From the NCBI GenBank assembly GCA_051362555.1, contig CM120641.1:5270001-5334000 (forward strand): a DNA stretch of 64,000 bases. The letters run 5' to 3'. Position numbers and translations under genes: made by a program. The notes under the pieces were generated by a model, which saw only the letters and a program-made list of their open reading frames with translations, had not been told where the DNA came from and ran no database searches. Shown piece after piece: positions 1 to 12,900 of this stretch. Each line of letters begins with the position of its first letter. The first letter of the stretch is position 1. The stretch is from Lingula anatina (Eukaryota > Animalia > Brachiopoda).

Positions 1-992
1 AATAAACTGAAGTTCTTTGTCAAACACCAAATCCGAAAAAGATAAGGAAAGTAATGTTTTTCATTACTCAAACACAGTTGACATGATTTACATCTTATGT
101 AAATTGCATATTTATTAGTTTGCTGTAGGGCGCAAAACCCTGTTTGCAGTTAAAAATTTGATAAGGAGTCCACTTCCATGGCTCTGCTAATCTCCACTTC
201 ATATTCAGTGGAGTCACAGAAAGGAAGTTTACAGAAACAGTTTCTCAGATAAGCTATGTATATATCACATTGTTGTAGTAGCGCCCAGCTACAGTTTGTC
301 AGCCCTGTGATATATGGACTTTGAACACGTAGGCAAACTTGGTACAAAACATGCCTGAGAGCCAGAGCAACTGTGACATCTGTGCCGTGTTGGCACAGTG
401 ATATACAATACAGCCCCATTTGGTGTCATTTCTTTGTCCTCCACAGTTTGTCCTCTTTAGGCTTAGCCTACCTTTCTTCTGTTATTGTAGGCTTGGTGAA
501 ATATGTCTAAAATATATTTCAGACAAGATGAAGACAAAATTTGCAGGTCATTCGTAATTTATAGATTAAGGCTTTTAAGATTCTTGGCTTATGTTTTACA
601 AGTTGAAATGTAATGGGTATCTAAAAATTAAATTTTATTGTACTTGACAACATAATGTTAATCTGCTTTAAGATGATGTAAATGTCTTTTTATGTCTTTT
701 AAAAATTAATTTAAAAAGACATATGAAGATGTTTAAATTAAAGGGTACACATTCAAATTATTAGATTATATTGAAAGTTTCTATTTGTTGTATTCTTTTC
801 TTTGAATTCCTTTTCTTCGAAAAAAGATAACACTTAGAATATAACTTTTTCCTCGAATCAAGACCTTGGATCAATAATTTGAATGAAGCTTACTCATGCT
901 TCTAAGTCAAATAAGGAAACAATCTTCGTCATACTTATTACTTTTTATTTAATCCATAAATATATTGAAAAACTCATTTGTGCTTTCTTAAG

Positions 993-3900
993 GAGCTTCG
1001 CCATCAGTTGCATCAGGCCATAGATGATCACCAGCATGAACTGACCACACTGCAAGATGTCCACTCTGAGAAACTGACCGCGCTGAAACGTCAGCAACGA
1101 CAAGAAACTAAACAGTTGCAGGAAGAGATTGCAGACCTGCAGCAACAGTTAGGTGAGAATCAGTATTTTGTGGTTTTTTAAAAAGCTGATTCAATTTATT
1201 TATGTTTGTCCTCATTCATACATTTTAGTTTTTACCAAAACAGCTTTCTGATTTTTTTTTCTTAGTAAGATTAGTATTAATTTAAGGGACATTGATAAGT
1301 AATATCATCATAAGAATTTTATCATCTTTATCTCTGTGTTTCAATTATCTATATGGGTTTACTTTGGAAAACAAACCCCTCTAGATTCATCATTTTAAAA
1401 AAGGTGTGTGTGTTGATAAATATCTCAGACATTTTGGCATCTTTTCTTTTATCTCCAAAATTGAATGAATACATTCTTATTATATTTTTTATTGTACTAG
1501 AAGAAACATGATAAATTGAAAGTGTTTATGATACAAATTGGCATCAACTTGAAGTAATAACTCTGTTTTTCTGCAATAACTCTGTTTTTCTGCCAGCAGT
1601 TTACCTAAGCACCAAGGAATTTGTCTTCTAATGGATTGTTTGAATAAAATGGGTTCAACTGATAGTTTTGAAAGACAAATATTTTTAAGATGTATACTTT
1701 ATGAAAGGAGTTTTTCGCATGAAATTCTGGGGTCATTGAAACATCAATTCACAAAACCCTTGGGTCTTAAATCCTTTAACGGAATAACTTCTTTTTAAAA
1801 TATTTATGTCAGCTTCCAAGAAACTTACCAAATAAAACATGAGTTCCAGTTTGTCATCTTTAAATAATAATATACAGATGCTTAAAATATGTTGCATATT
1901 GATTAATTCAACCAGTAAAGTGAAAACCCTTTTATAAACTGTCTGGACACAAGCACTCAATTCATTCCCACCCAAACACACAAGTTATCCTAAGTACACA
2001 CACTGGTGGAGGTTGGAGTGATCAGGCAACAAAATAAAGTAAACTTCATTATTGACCCGTGGGTCACAATGTTAGCTTGTATTGTGGAGGCAGGGTTATA
2101 GGCAAGAAAAAAACCTGGAAGTGTTGAAGGGATGCAGTACTATTAGACCTGTAGCCAGGGAGGAGATAACCAACGGTGCTTTTTGCAGGGAAAAAGTTCC
2201 TTCTGGGTAAAGTTTGAACTACATACATGTAGGCTTCATGGTAAGGGCCTCTTTTTCAAAAAAAATTTTAAATTGCTGACTATGGACTTGGCTATCTTGG
2301 AACCCATGGTCAGGAAATGCCAACCCCAATGTTTTAAATTTGGGGTCACAAGTTAAATTCTCTGAGGAAGCCCAAAGAATTTCAGCTAAGCATAAAATTG
2401 AAGGAGATTTTATGGAATTGGGAGCAGAGTGTGGTCAGAAATAATGGCAGAGTAGTAAGTGCAGAGCAGCCATGATTCAAAAAAGCTGATACAACTATCA
2501 ACAGATATTTTTGTGGCTGTTTTTTCTAAGGTCCTGTTGAATTACCAACTGTTGCTCAGCAGTACGAATTCACAATCTTTTGTTTGTCACTTATGTATTG
2601 CTTTCTAAGACAGCATTCCTGGTGCATAGAGTTTCACCCTTATTTTTGAAAAATTTACCCCAACTCATGCAAGTTCTTGCACATTTTCTAATCTCATATA
2701 CCATTGCTTCTTCATTTCAAGCTATGTTAGATGTTTGCCAGTGTGAAATTATAAACATTATGGAATCAAATTGGAAAAAATGTACTTCTCACTAAATTAG
2801 ATGGCAATTATATAGGTCATATGTAAAACACTGCACATATATCAGGATTGGAAGGAAAGGGATGGGTGTAAAATTGGGTGTGTACATTTTATGTCATTTT
2901 ATAGTATGATCATAGTTTCATTTCCTGGCTCTCAGAAATCAAGCGAAAGTGGCTTTATTGGACACTGACATATGTGTTGATATCTAAGAAGTAAGCATTA
3001 ACAAATTGTTCATGAATACAAGACTAACTGTAAATTGAAAGGAGATTATCAACTTGAATTTTTTTGTTGATACTCGAAGTCTTTATAGTTGTATGTATAA
3101 AAGAAAATCAATGTAAATTGGTATAACCTAAAGTCCCATTGATTTTTATTTCATAATCAATGGGACAAACTTAGCATGTGAAAAGCAGTGTGGATTGGCA
3201 AGAGAACATGAGTATCTTATGTCGTAATTCAAACAGAAAGATAAACCCTAAATGGAAAGTAGGACTCTTAGTTCATGCCTGTTATGTACTTTGGGTTGTT
3301 AAAATAAAATGAACCTGTATGTGAAAGCATTATGGATGATGATGCAGTTAGGTTTTCTTAGGAGTCCTCATTTAGCACTACTGCTGTGTTTGGGATTGCT
3401 TTCTTATGGGAAGGAGGTGCTAAAACTTCTCTGTCATTTTGTCTACCTGTGTACACTTAAAAACCTCTGGGAGGCCTAAAGGAGCGACAGAGTCAACAAA
3501 AAAGACAAACAGTGTGCATGTAGTTTATAGAAATGGGGCTGTGGCCAAGGCAGTTTATCAAGCATTAAAAGGTAAAACAGTTAATCATGGGAGCACTGTT
3601 TGAAATGGTGACATGTGACTTTGGGGCTCTTCTCATGGTTTAAGCAATCAATGGGGCAAAATGGGAAGAATTTTAAGTCACTTTTGAGAATTTGTATTAA
3701 CAATGCATTTGATATGAGGCTTTCTCTGAAGAAAATGTCTTTGTTTGGCCAGAACACCTCACTATTAGATGTATAGTTTAATGGCAATTGGCAAACAATG
3801 TTGCTATCAAATGTAAACACATCCCACTATATATAGTTGCACAATAACTCCACCAAGCTGCTTCAATCTCCTGTATTAAACCAGTGAAATATTGTTAGGT

Positions 3901-6900
3901 TCTGTTTGCCTTATTTAAACTTTAGGCTTGGCTAGGGCGATGAAAGAATTAAGCCCATTTGGGAAGCTTAAAAGTGTGTGCTTGTGCTTAGATATCAGTG
4001 TTTGCTCAATAACATGTCCGCTAGATAAGGACTAATCTCTAAGAGACTGGATATGATATCACGCCTTGATTGGTCTAGACATTGTACACACACATTGCCA
4101 CGTCAGTCACTCTCTCAACGGCTCTCTCCGCGTCACCACAGTCCACAGTTGGAGACACAGCCAGGACTGGGGACACGTTTGAAAAGCATGCTGCCACTTG
4201 AACAGGTCAGTCAGAGATGACTGGAGGATTATCTTTGGTTGGTCCACAGCCTTGACCATTAATCAGAGGTTGACCACTGTGATCAGGGCAAATGGCCATC
4301 TGAGTTGAATGTCAAATTTTCCAGTTGATAAGGGATGGAATGATCATTTAAGAGTTGTTGAGATGTAGGATGGAGTCACAGATGGTAAGATTTTGGATCT
4401 TTGGTGATGACTTTTCCTTATAATTTTATAAGCTGGGGCATTTTTTGAAAATGGCCATCTTTGCTTAACTTCATTCAGTATTGATATGAGTAATTTCAAG
4501 TTATTAAAAAAATGTGTACAGTATGTTGATCACTTTGGGCTAGAGTTTGTATGTCATTAAGATTGTGGACGTAAATGCAAAGAATAATAGAAGCAAATGG
4601 CATATGTTAAAAACTTCCCCAAATATCTTTGTGTAGTCATTTCTTTAAGGTCATTACTTTCCCAAGTAAAAAAAAAAGAGAAATTCAATAAAAATAGTTT
4701 TTACACAAGTGTGTTAATCAATAGCAGCACATTTAAGTTAAGAATGATAGATCCTTATTGATTGGACAATGTACTGGGAGTCTACTTATAAAACTTCATG
4801 TACCTTATGAGGTTACTTTTGAAAACATTGATGTACTGCAATTTATTTTTATCAGTTTTTTATTAGATAAGAACCCACAATAATTTAAGTAAAGAAAGCC
4901 AAGGTGATGTTAATGAAAACAATTTTTCTAAAGAATATATGGAAAAATCTCAATATCTACATACAATGATGCCATATTTTCTGTATAATTGTATATGTAA
5001 ATTAAGTTTAGATTTTAGCACCTGTGTGTTTAGCTGTGTTTACTTAAAACCTGCACACAAAGATAATGTTTACATTATAATGTTTTTGGAGACTTAAAAA
5101 TCTGCTGTTATGGCTGATTTCGCCAGGTGGATCCACTTCTGATTCAATATTTTATTACTGTTTATCTATTATATATTCAGTTTTTTTCTGTCACGCCATA
5201 GATTTCTTCCAATAGTTTTAATATACTTGATATCAGTATGCCTCTCCTAGACAGGAAGTGGTCTTATCAGTGCTGTAAGGAGGACACTTTCTTCTTATTC
5301 CTGTAGTAATGTAAGCAGTGGCAGGTTTCATCTTTTCCACTCTGAGTGTTATGACAGCATAGATAAGGGTTATATTGAGATGTTTGACCTGTATAGAATT
5401 ATGCTTGTTGGTTTTTTCACTCCAAATGTTTGAATGAAGCTTGATTTTTTATTTTATTTTTTGTCATCCCTTTTTCAGTAGAGAAAAAGAAGACAAGTGA
5501 ATAATAATAAAGCAGAGGGCAGGAATTAAAATTTATTATTCACATCAAGCAAATAATATGGTTGCAGACATCATGAAAATTTATTCTAACTGTTAATGTC
5601 CTTACAATTTTCAGAGGAGAAATAGAATGGAATTGTTTGAATAAAAAAACATTGCGCCATTCAACAACCATTGTAAAATTCCATACTAGGTAACACAAGT
5701 ATTTGTATTACAATCCACCCATGTCAGAATAAACAAGGGATAATGGAGAGTACTGTCTGGATGTTTGAGTGCTGAATACGCCAACCTAACATTTCGCAAC
5801 CCCTGTGGAAGGATTATCGCACATTCTAGTGTGTGTTTGCACGTAAACACTATTGATTGAAAGTTCTAAAATCAACTTGGTTGCATCACTGTTTAATCTA
5901 CTTCAGAGTTAAGATTTGTTACCCGGTGATTTATAACTCATCGCAAATCCATATGAGATACCAGTATGAGGACATATTGAGTGTAGTATCTTAAGATAGT
6001 GACATTCATGCAACAGATTGGTCCTTACTTATACTTACATATAGATATTATCAATTACATGGCACCTACACACTCCTAGTTGTAGATTTTATCAGTCACG
6101 ACCTCTCTACATAAAGCTCTAGTAATTAACATATTAGTACACTCCTTATGAAGGAATAAGACAGCATCTATGTTCAATAAGGAAGAAGTTTTTGGTTAAA
6201 CTCCATTTCATCCATCCATTCATTCATTCATTATGCTTTACATCTGTGTTCTGTGAGGAAGGATAGAGTCTATAGTATACTGGTATCAATAGATTTATAC
6301 AAGCTGGGTATTTTGTTGTGGGTGACATTCATATTTTTTTATTGTACATGTGAGATGAACAGTATATGAGCAGAGACTTGTTGTTTATAGCTCCAGTGTC
6401 TGTAGTTTTATATTTTGACACCGCGATTATGTATGTGATGATCCTGATGACAGGCCAGGACAGATAATGTTTTATATGATATTAGAAATCTATATCCAAA
6501 TACATGATAACGACATTAACCTGCATGAGAGGCAGCACTTGTTCCTCGTGACTGGGTATTTTTATATAATATTATCAATGTTGGTTTTTCAGATCAAAGT
6601 TTTAGCAATTCTGGAGAAGACTACCAAAATGAAGTCCAAGGCAAGTTGTCTGAGTACAAGAGTCAGTTGTCTGCTGCACTACAGGAGAAGGAAATGGCAG
6701 AACAGGAACTTGAGAAGTCGAGAACTGGAGAGAAGGAAAAGACCAGAAAACTGCAGGCACTCACAAAGCAAATGGAGGGATTACAGAAACAAAAACAAGA
6801 GGTAACACTGAAAAAGAAGTCTACTTTTTTCAGTGAAATTATTTATTGAACTTATGTTCATTGATTCATTGATATCTTAAAGTCCCATGACTTGTCTGTG

Positions 6901-9900
6901 TTTATGAAATGGGGATTTAATCATTCAGTTGCATTTTAACTATGCTTATCATTTGTAAAAGGAAAACAGTCCTTTCCCAACTTAAATTAGGTTGTTCAAT
7001 CATTATTTTTATTTCCAATGTTCTTGATTGATATATATATAACATTTTTATCTCTTTTTCATAGCTGACAGAGCACATTGAAAGTTTAAGCAAAGCAGAG
7101 AAGCAACTACAACAGGAATTATCTACAGCTACAGAAGAGAACAAACGGCTCAAGAATGACCTAGCACAACAGGTAGGTGTTTCTCTCTTCTCTTTCTCAA
7201 ATTATCTCCATTTAATGAATTGAAAAAAGAAATGCACTAATTAAATTTTGCACCAATAACTCAGGTTCTCAGTTTGCACTTGCAGATGCCTGCAGATAAA
7301 ACATTAAAGGCTTTTTGTGAGTCTTTTTTCTTGAGGCTATGATTTTGAATGACTGACAGGAGTTTGTAGGTTGGGCACGTAATCTGCATGACTGAGGGAT
7401 AACTAGAAATTATGGTGTGGAATATTATTTTGGGCACTTTCTAAGAAAGGCACTATCTGAAATGACCACTTTCTAAACTTTGTTACCATTCCCACTTTTA
7501 TCACTCTTTTATAGTGCATGTACAATCTAACTTATAGTTGCAAGAATAAACATTGTTATTATCCATCATTACAATCAAATGCTTTCTCATTCAGCAGACA
7601 TTTGGGTCCAGTCCTGAAGTTGATGAGGGTCATGTTCAAGCAAATCAGGATGACCAGAGGTTGCAGGAGGAAAATGGTGAACTAAAGGCTCAAGTCCAAC
7701 AGCTGCAGAAAGAGCTGGAAACTGTCCGTGGTGAGCAGGAGCGTTATCAAACCGCAATGGAAGATCTGCGCTTAGAACTGCTAGAGAAGAACTGTAAGAA
7801 TACTGACTAATTAAACATTTTCTTTCTCACAGAAAAGATTAAAGAGGAATGGAAAGTTTTCATCTTACCTGTATTTCTGAGAAACTATAAATTACAATTC
7901 ACAAAGAAATTATTAAAATTTTGGTTATCCATTATATATATATATATATCAAATGTATCTTTCAAGCATCAGGCTGTTTTTCATCATATTTTTCTTTCTT
8001 TTTGTAATTTATTTTATTTATAACATGTATGTCATTTAATGTCTTTGCCAGACTTGTAGCTTATGAAGATACTTTGTCTTTTCTGTCACAGCTCTTAGAA
8101 GAACAGACTCCGAGGAGACATTGGAGCAAACAACAGATAATTCAGCCAATATTACTGGATCATTTGGTGTAGAGTAAGTTGAATAATAAGTATTATGTCT
8201 GTGATGGCATATTTGGTAACTAAAATCAATTTCCTTTCTTTAAATATCAAAAAGTACTTTGTGTACAATTCAGTTGAAATATTAGAGGTAATGATCCATT
8301 ATAGGATAAGAGGATGCTTTATAACAGGAAGATTCTGTGAAATGTATACTGGCTAAATGTTGCCATTTCCTTGATTGTGACTGGATGTGACGTAAAAAAA
8401 CTTAGCCACCACAATGTGCAGTCAACTACAGGAGTGGTTCTAATTCAGGGCTCAAAATTTTTTCCTCCAAAATGTAATAAATCTGTTATATATCCACTCA
8501 AGTTTTGACTAAGGATTTTTTGTTTTGTTTTCAATTAGCAGAGAAAATGTAACCACTGAGTTTATTAGGATATAGACACTGGATCAGTCCTTAAAAATTA
8601 CTTTGAAATGTACTTTCCTTAAAAAACATTTTTTCTATTTATTTTGCTTTTTTTTTTTAGTATTACCAGCAGCACCCCACTTCATCCTAGAGGCAGAGGT
8701 TACATGAACCAGGCCAGTAAAAATGTGGACAGTGACACTGGGTCCATCATGTCAACAGCTTCTGATATCTCTTGGAAAAACCGACAACTTGATGAGCAAG
8801 TCCACACCTTACAAAGCCAGATAGACAAGTATGAAGAAGAAATTGAGCAGTTTGAAATGGTGCAGTCTGATTGGCAGGTGGAAAAACAGGCCTTGGAAGA
8901 CGTCCTAAACAAGTTACGTGGGCAGTTACGACAGAAGGAGGAGTCCTTAAATGTGGTGCAGGCTGCCAAGGTGAAGGTCATTTGATACTTTTTATTTCTT
9001 TCTTGATTAAATTGGGTGCTTCGTATGCCTTTGAATTTTCTTCTGTAAGAAGAGATTATAATAAGTAATTACTTTTCTCTCTTTTCTTAAATGTGAGATA
9101 AGGTTTTCTTAGTTTTGTGACCTAAGTATGAAATCTTTAGAAATTGGAAAGGGAGTGAGTTTCATTTGCATTTATGAATAATAATAAATGTAAACTTTTC
9201 TTGTTTTTTTTTTAAAATAGAAGATGAAATTTTCTTTGTTAATTATACTTATTTATAAATAAAAAATGTTTACTTATTGAAAGTGGAGGGGGTTTCATTG
9301 TTTATGTGTATGAATCACATATGAACAGACTAGCACATGAAAGACTAATACAAGCAAGATCACCTAAAAATATTGCCATATGATCAAGTTATAAGAGTCT
9401 TCTTCTTAATAACAGTAGGGGTTTTAATTATATTTTATTGAAAATTTACTGAATACTGCTCTTGTTTCCTTTGCTAATTTCCTTTGGTGTAGGTTTATTC
9501 AAAGGTTAGTTTGGTGGCAGTGGGGTCACGTAGTTCTACATGTGTGTTGGGTTTGCCTGCTAGAGCAGAGCTGCACTGCCATCTTTTAATGTTTTATCAA
9601 TACTATATACTGCCCTGTTATGAAAGTCATTTAGTACATTGAGAGTTCATGCTTGTACTCACGCAAAATAAGTCTTTGAGAAAAAAAAGGTAAATTGTAT
9701 TTGATATCAGTTTGGGAGAAGTTCACGTGCCATGTATTTGGAATTGTTATGGATATGTGCAAATAACATTCAGCTGTGCTGTGGCAGGTCAAAAAATTGT
9801 GTGCTTCAAAGATATTTTTCTTGAGTTTTGCATAGTAAGTGTGACATGCATGGGTGCTCTCCAATATATTGACCTTTTCAAGGGGATTTGTATTCTTTTA

Positions 9901-12900
9901 TATATGTCCTATTTTTTTATATTTGTCCCAAGAAAAAATAATAGATTGGTTATTCTACTGTTTAGGTATGAAAACCTTATTCTGCAATATTTTACTTTTT
10001 GCCATATTTAACAGGTGTTCTTTCTGGTTTATAGTGAATGTTAGCTTTACAGTCAATTACTAAGCAACATATATCATCTATACTCTCTTAATGACATCAG
10101 TATTAGGCTGGCTGCAATGTGAAATCATTTGCTTTAGATAACCCCTCATTGAAACTCCTATTGCTTCCTTCAGTTTCTTACTAACATAGGTTTCTCTTTG
10201 GTTTATTATTTGCTCTGTGCTTTGTACATAGCTTTTAGTGCTGGCTTTACCACTAGTCATTTTCATTCAGTCTGTATGTGTGTCCAGATCTTGCCATTGA
10301 CCAATCCATCTCCTTGTCTGTGTAGGGCCTTATTGAGGTTGGCAAGCATGAAAGAAAATTACAGAGGGCGGGGCAATTGGGTTCCCCTCCGGTTGAAATG
10401 ATATCAGAACCGGCAGCCTCTTGTGCCTCCCCGGCAATAGTTGAGACTGGAGAGATTCAGTCAGAATCACCAGTTCCAGACACAGATAGACTTGAGCATG
10501 AGCGAGATGTTCTCCTCTTACAGAAGGTTGGCATGAATTATATCATACTCACCGTTCACTGTAGTGTATAGAGTTTGTGAGCCCTTCTTTCTGTGAAAAA
10601 TCAATCACTTCCTCAAATGTGCAACTTTCACCAGATTGATCACTTACTTTTAATGTCATTGAGGGGTTATCACAATCTAGTCTCGTTGTGTTTTAATTTC
10701 AATTTTACTGTTTGTGTTTTTTGGTATTTATTACATTTTCTGCATCTCTTTTTTGTAATGTATGTATTGGTTTAGAGCAGTGATATATGTTTCCCTAGCA
10801 TTAGCATTTTGGCATGGTAGTAGTCAAAAAGCCTGTGTTTCTATTAGTCTCGTGATGTTAGCAGCACCCATGCATGTCTTTTTCCTAACTAATTAAGAAA
10901 TCATAAAGTGTACATGCATTTTATTTTGAAAATAACAGGAATAAATGCTTCTCTTTGGAACCTAACATTTTGATTGGGAAACACGATGTATTGGGTATTT
11001 TAAATAAATCAATGGCATATGTCAGCACCTGTTGTCACAAATTTCAAGGTAAAATGACAGAATGTTAAAAAGTGAATGTTTTTTTTTACAGAACCAGCTA
11101 GAGCAGGAAGTTCAGCAACTGAGGGGTCAGCTTCAGCAAATGGACAAAGCCCAACATGATGCCAGTGTGGAAGGTAAGACAACCCTTTCATGAATTGACC
11201 TCTAATTGTATTTTTTTCCTTACGAATGAGGCCTGTAATCAAATGAACTCAAATTTTGTTTGAATTATCTTTTTGTAATTTTATCATTATCATCTGTTTT
11301 CATTGTGATTTTTTTATGTCACATTTTGAAATGTTCCATCCAGCCCAAAACTCATACCTTAGACTGTTTAGATATATGGCAAAAAGGGGTATGTTACATA
11401 CAAATTTCTGGATAATTTTCATGTAGAATAAAATTCTGCATTTTGTCTTTTAGCCTTAAGCCAGGAGAAAACCAATGCAAAGCTAGAAGAGCTCCAGTCT
11501 GCTCTACTTGAAAAAACAAATGAACTTAGAGAAGTTACTGAAGAGAAAGATGCATTAGTGGCTAGTCTGGATGAATTGGATTCCCAACACCAGGAGGTGC
11601 TGATGCAAGTTCTTAAAACTCGTGATGATCTCAAGAATCAACTCAGTGCTTCAGTGGAACATGTTGGTCAGCTCCAAGAACAGGTTAAGAGTCTGGGGAC
11701 TGAGAAGCAGCAGTTGTCTTTAGAGCTCAGCAGCCTCCAGACTGCCAGTGTCAGCAACAGCATGGTGGAAGATGAGATCAACAGGCTCAGGAATCAACTG
11801 CTACATTCCACAGAAGAGAAAGACCAGCTGGTGAACACGCGGAACAATTTAACGGAGCAGCTGACAGAGTTACGCCAACAGCTTATGGAAGAGCAGGAAG
11901 CTGCTTCGCACAAGGTAGAACACTTCGAGATGGAACTGAACACCAGCAGAAGTCAAGTCCAAGAGCTCAGCATTGAAAAGACCAAACTGATGCAGCAGTT
12001 ACAAGTAGAGGAAGAGATGTTAAAGCAGAAAGAGCTAGATCTTACCCAGGAACATTCCAAGGTGAACTTGTCTGCCAATGAAGCACAGCAGCTGACTCAG
12101 GAGAAAGCCCAGCTGATCAGAGAGATAGAGATGCTTCAAGACCAACTTGATGAGGGAGGTAGAAGTCTAAGTAGACTCCAAGCTGAAAAGGGTAAACTAA
12201 CACATACTGTCTCCTCTTTACAGCATAGCCTAGAGGACCTAAGGGCAACACATGAGGCTTTAAAAGCTGAAAAAGCCGATCTTTCAAAGACTTGTGTTGA
12301 GTTAGAGTCAAAGCTTCATTCAGCAGAAACCCAGATTCACAGCCTTGAAGACAGTTCTAGGACAGAAAGTGAAAGTGTGGCCAGTCAAGAATTGCTTCAC
12401 CAAGATTTACATTCTCTGCAGCAAGAGCTAGATCAGACCAGACAAGTCAGTACAGAATACAGGACTAAACTGGCAGATTCTGAAAATAGATTAAGAGATC
12501 TGGAGGAGAAACTTACCCACCTAGCTGAAGATAATGAAGCTTTGCAAGAGACCCTGAGTTCAATGAAAGAAAAACACAAAGCCCAAATGGAAGCATTGGA
12601 AACTAAATACACCAAATTTAATGAAGATTTAGAGACACAGATCGACTCTTTGAAAGATCAAAAAGAGTCATTGGAAAAAGACCTTGACTTGGCTGAGGGG
12701 AAGCTGTATGACCAGACTAAACATTATGAAAAATACATAAAAGAATTGGCAGACTCGAGAGAACTTGATGCCAACTCCTTGCAAGCAGAGCATGAGAAGC
12801 TAATGAAATTAACTCATGCAAAAGATAGAGAAATAAGAGAGCTAAAATCTAGATGCGAAGAATTGACAGAGGAGTTGAAAGAGTCTAAAGAGATGCTGGA

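Noticed and set aside
1554-1593. Small tandem duplications (also ~27145, 30597, 54420, 59103)
   Set aside because: Ordinary slippage duplications with no evident function.
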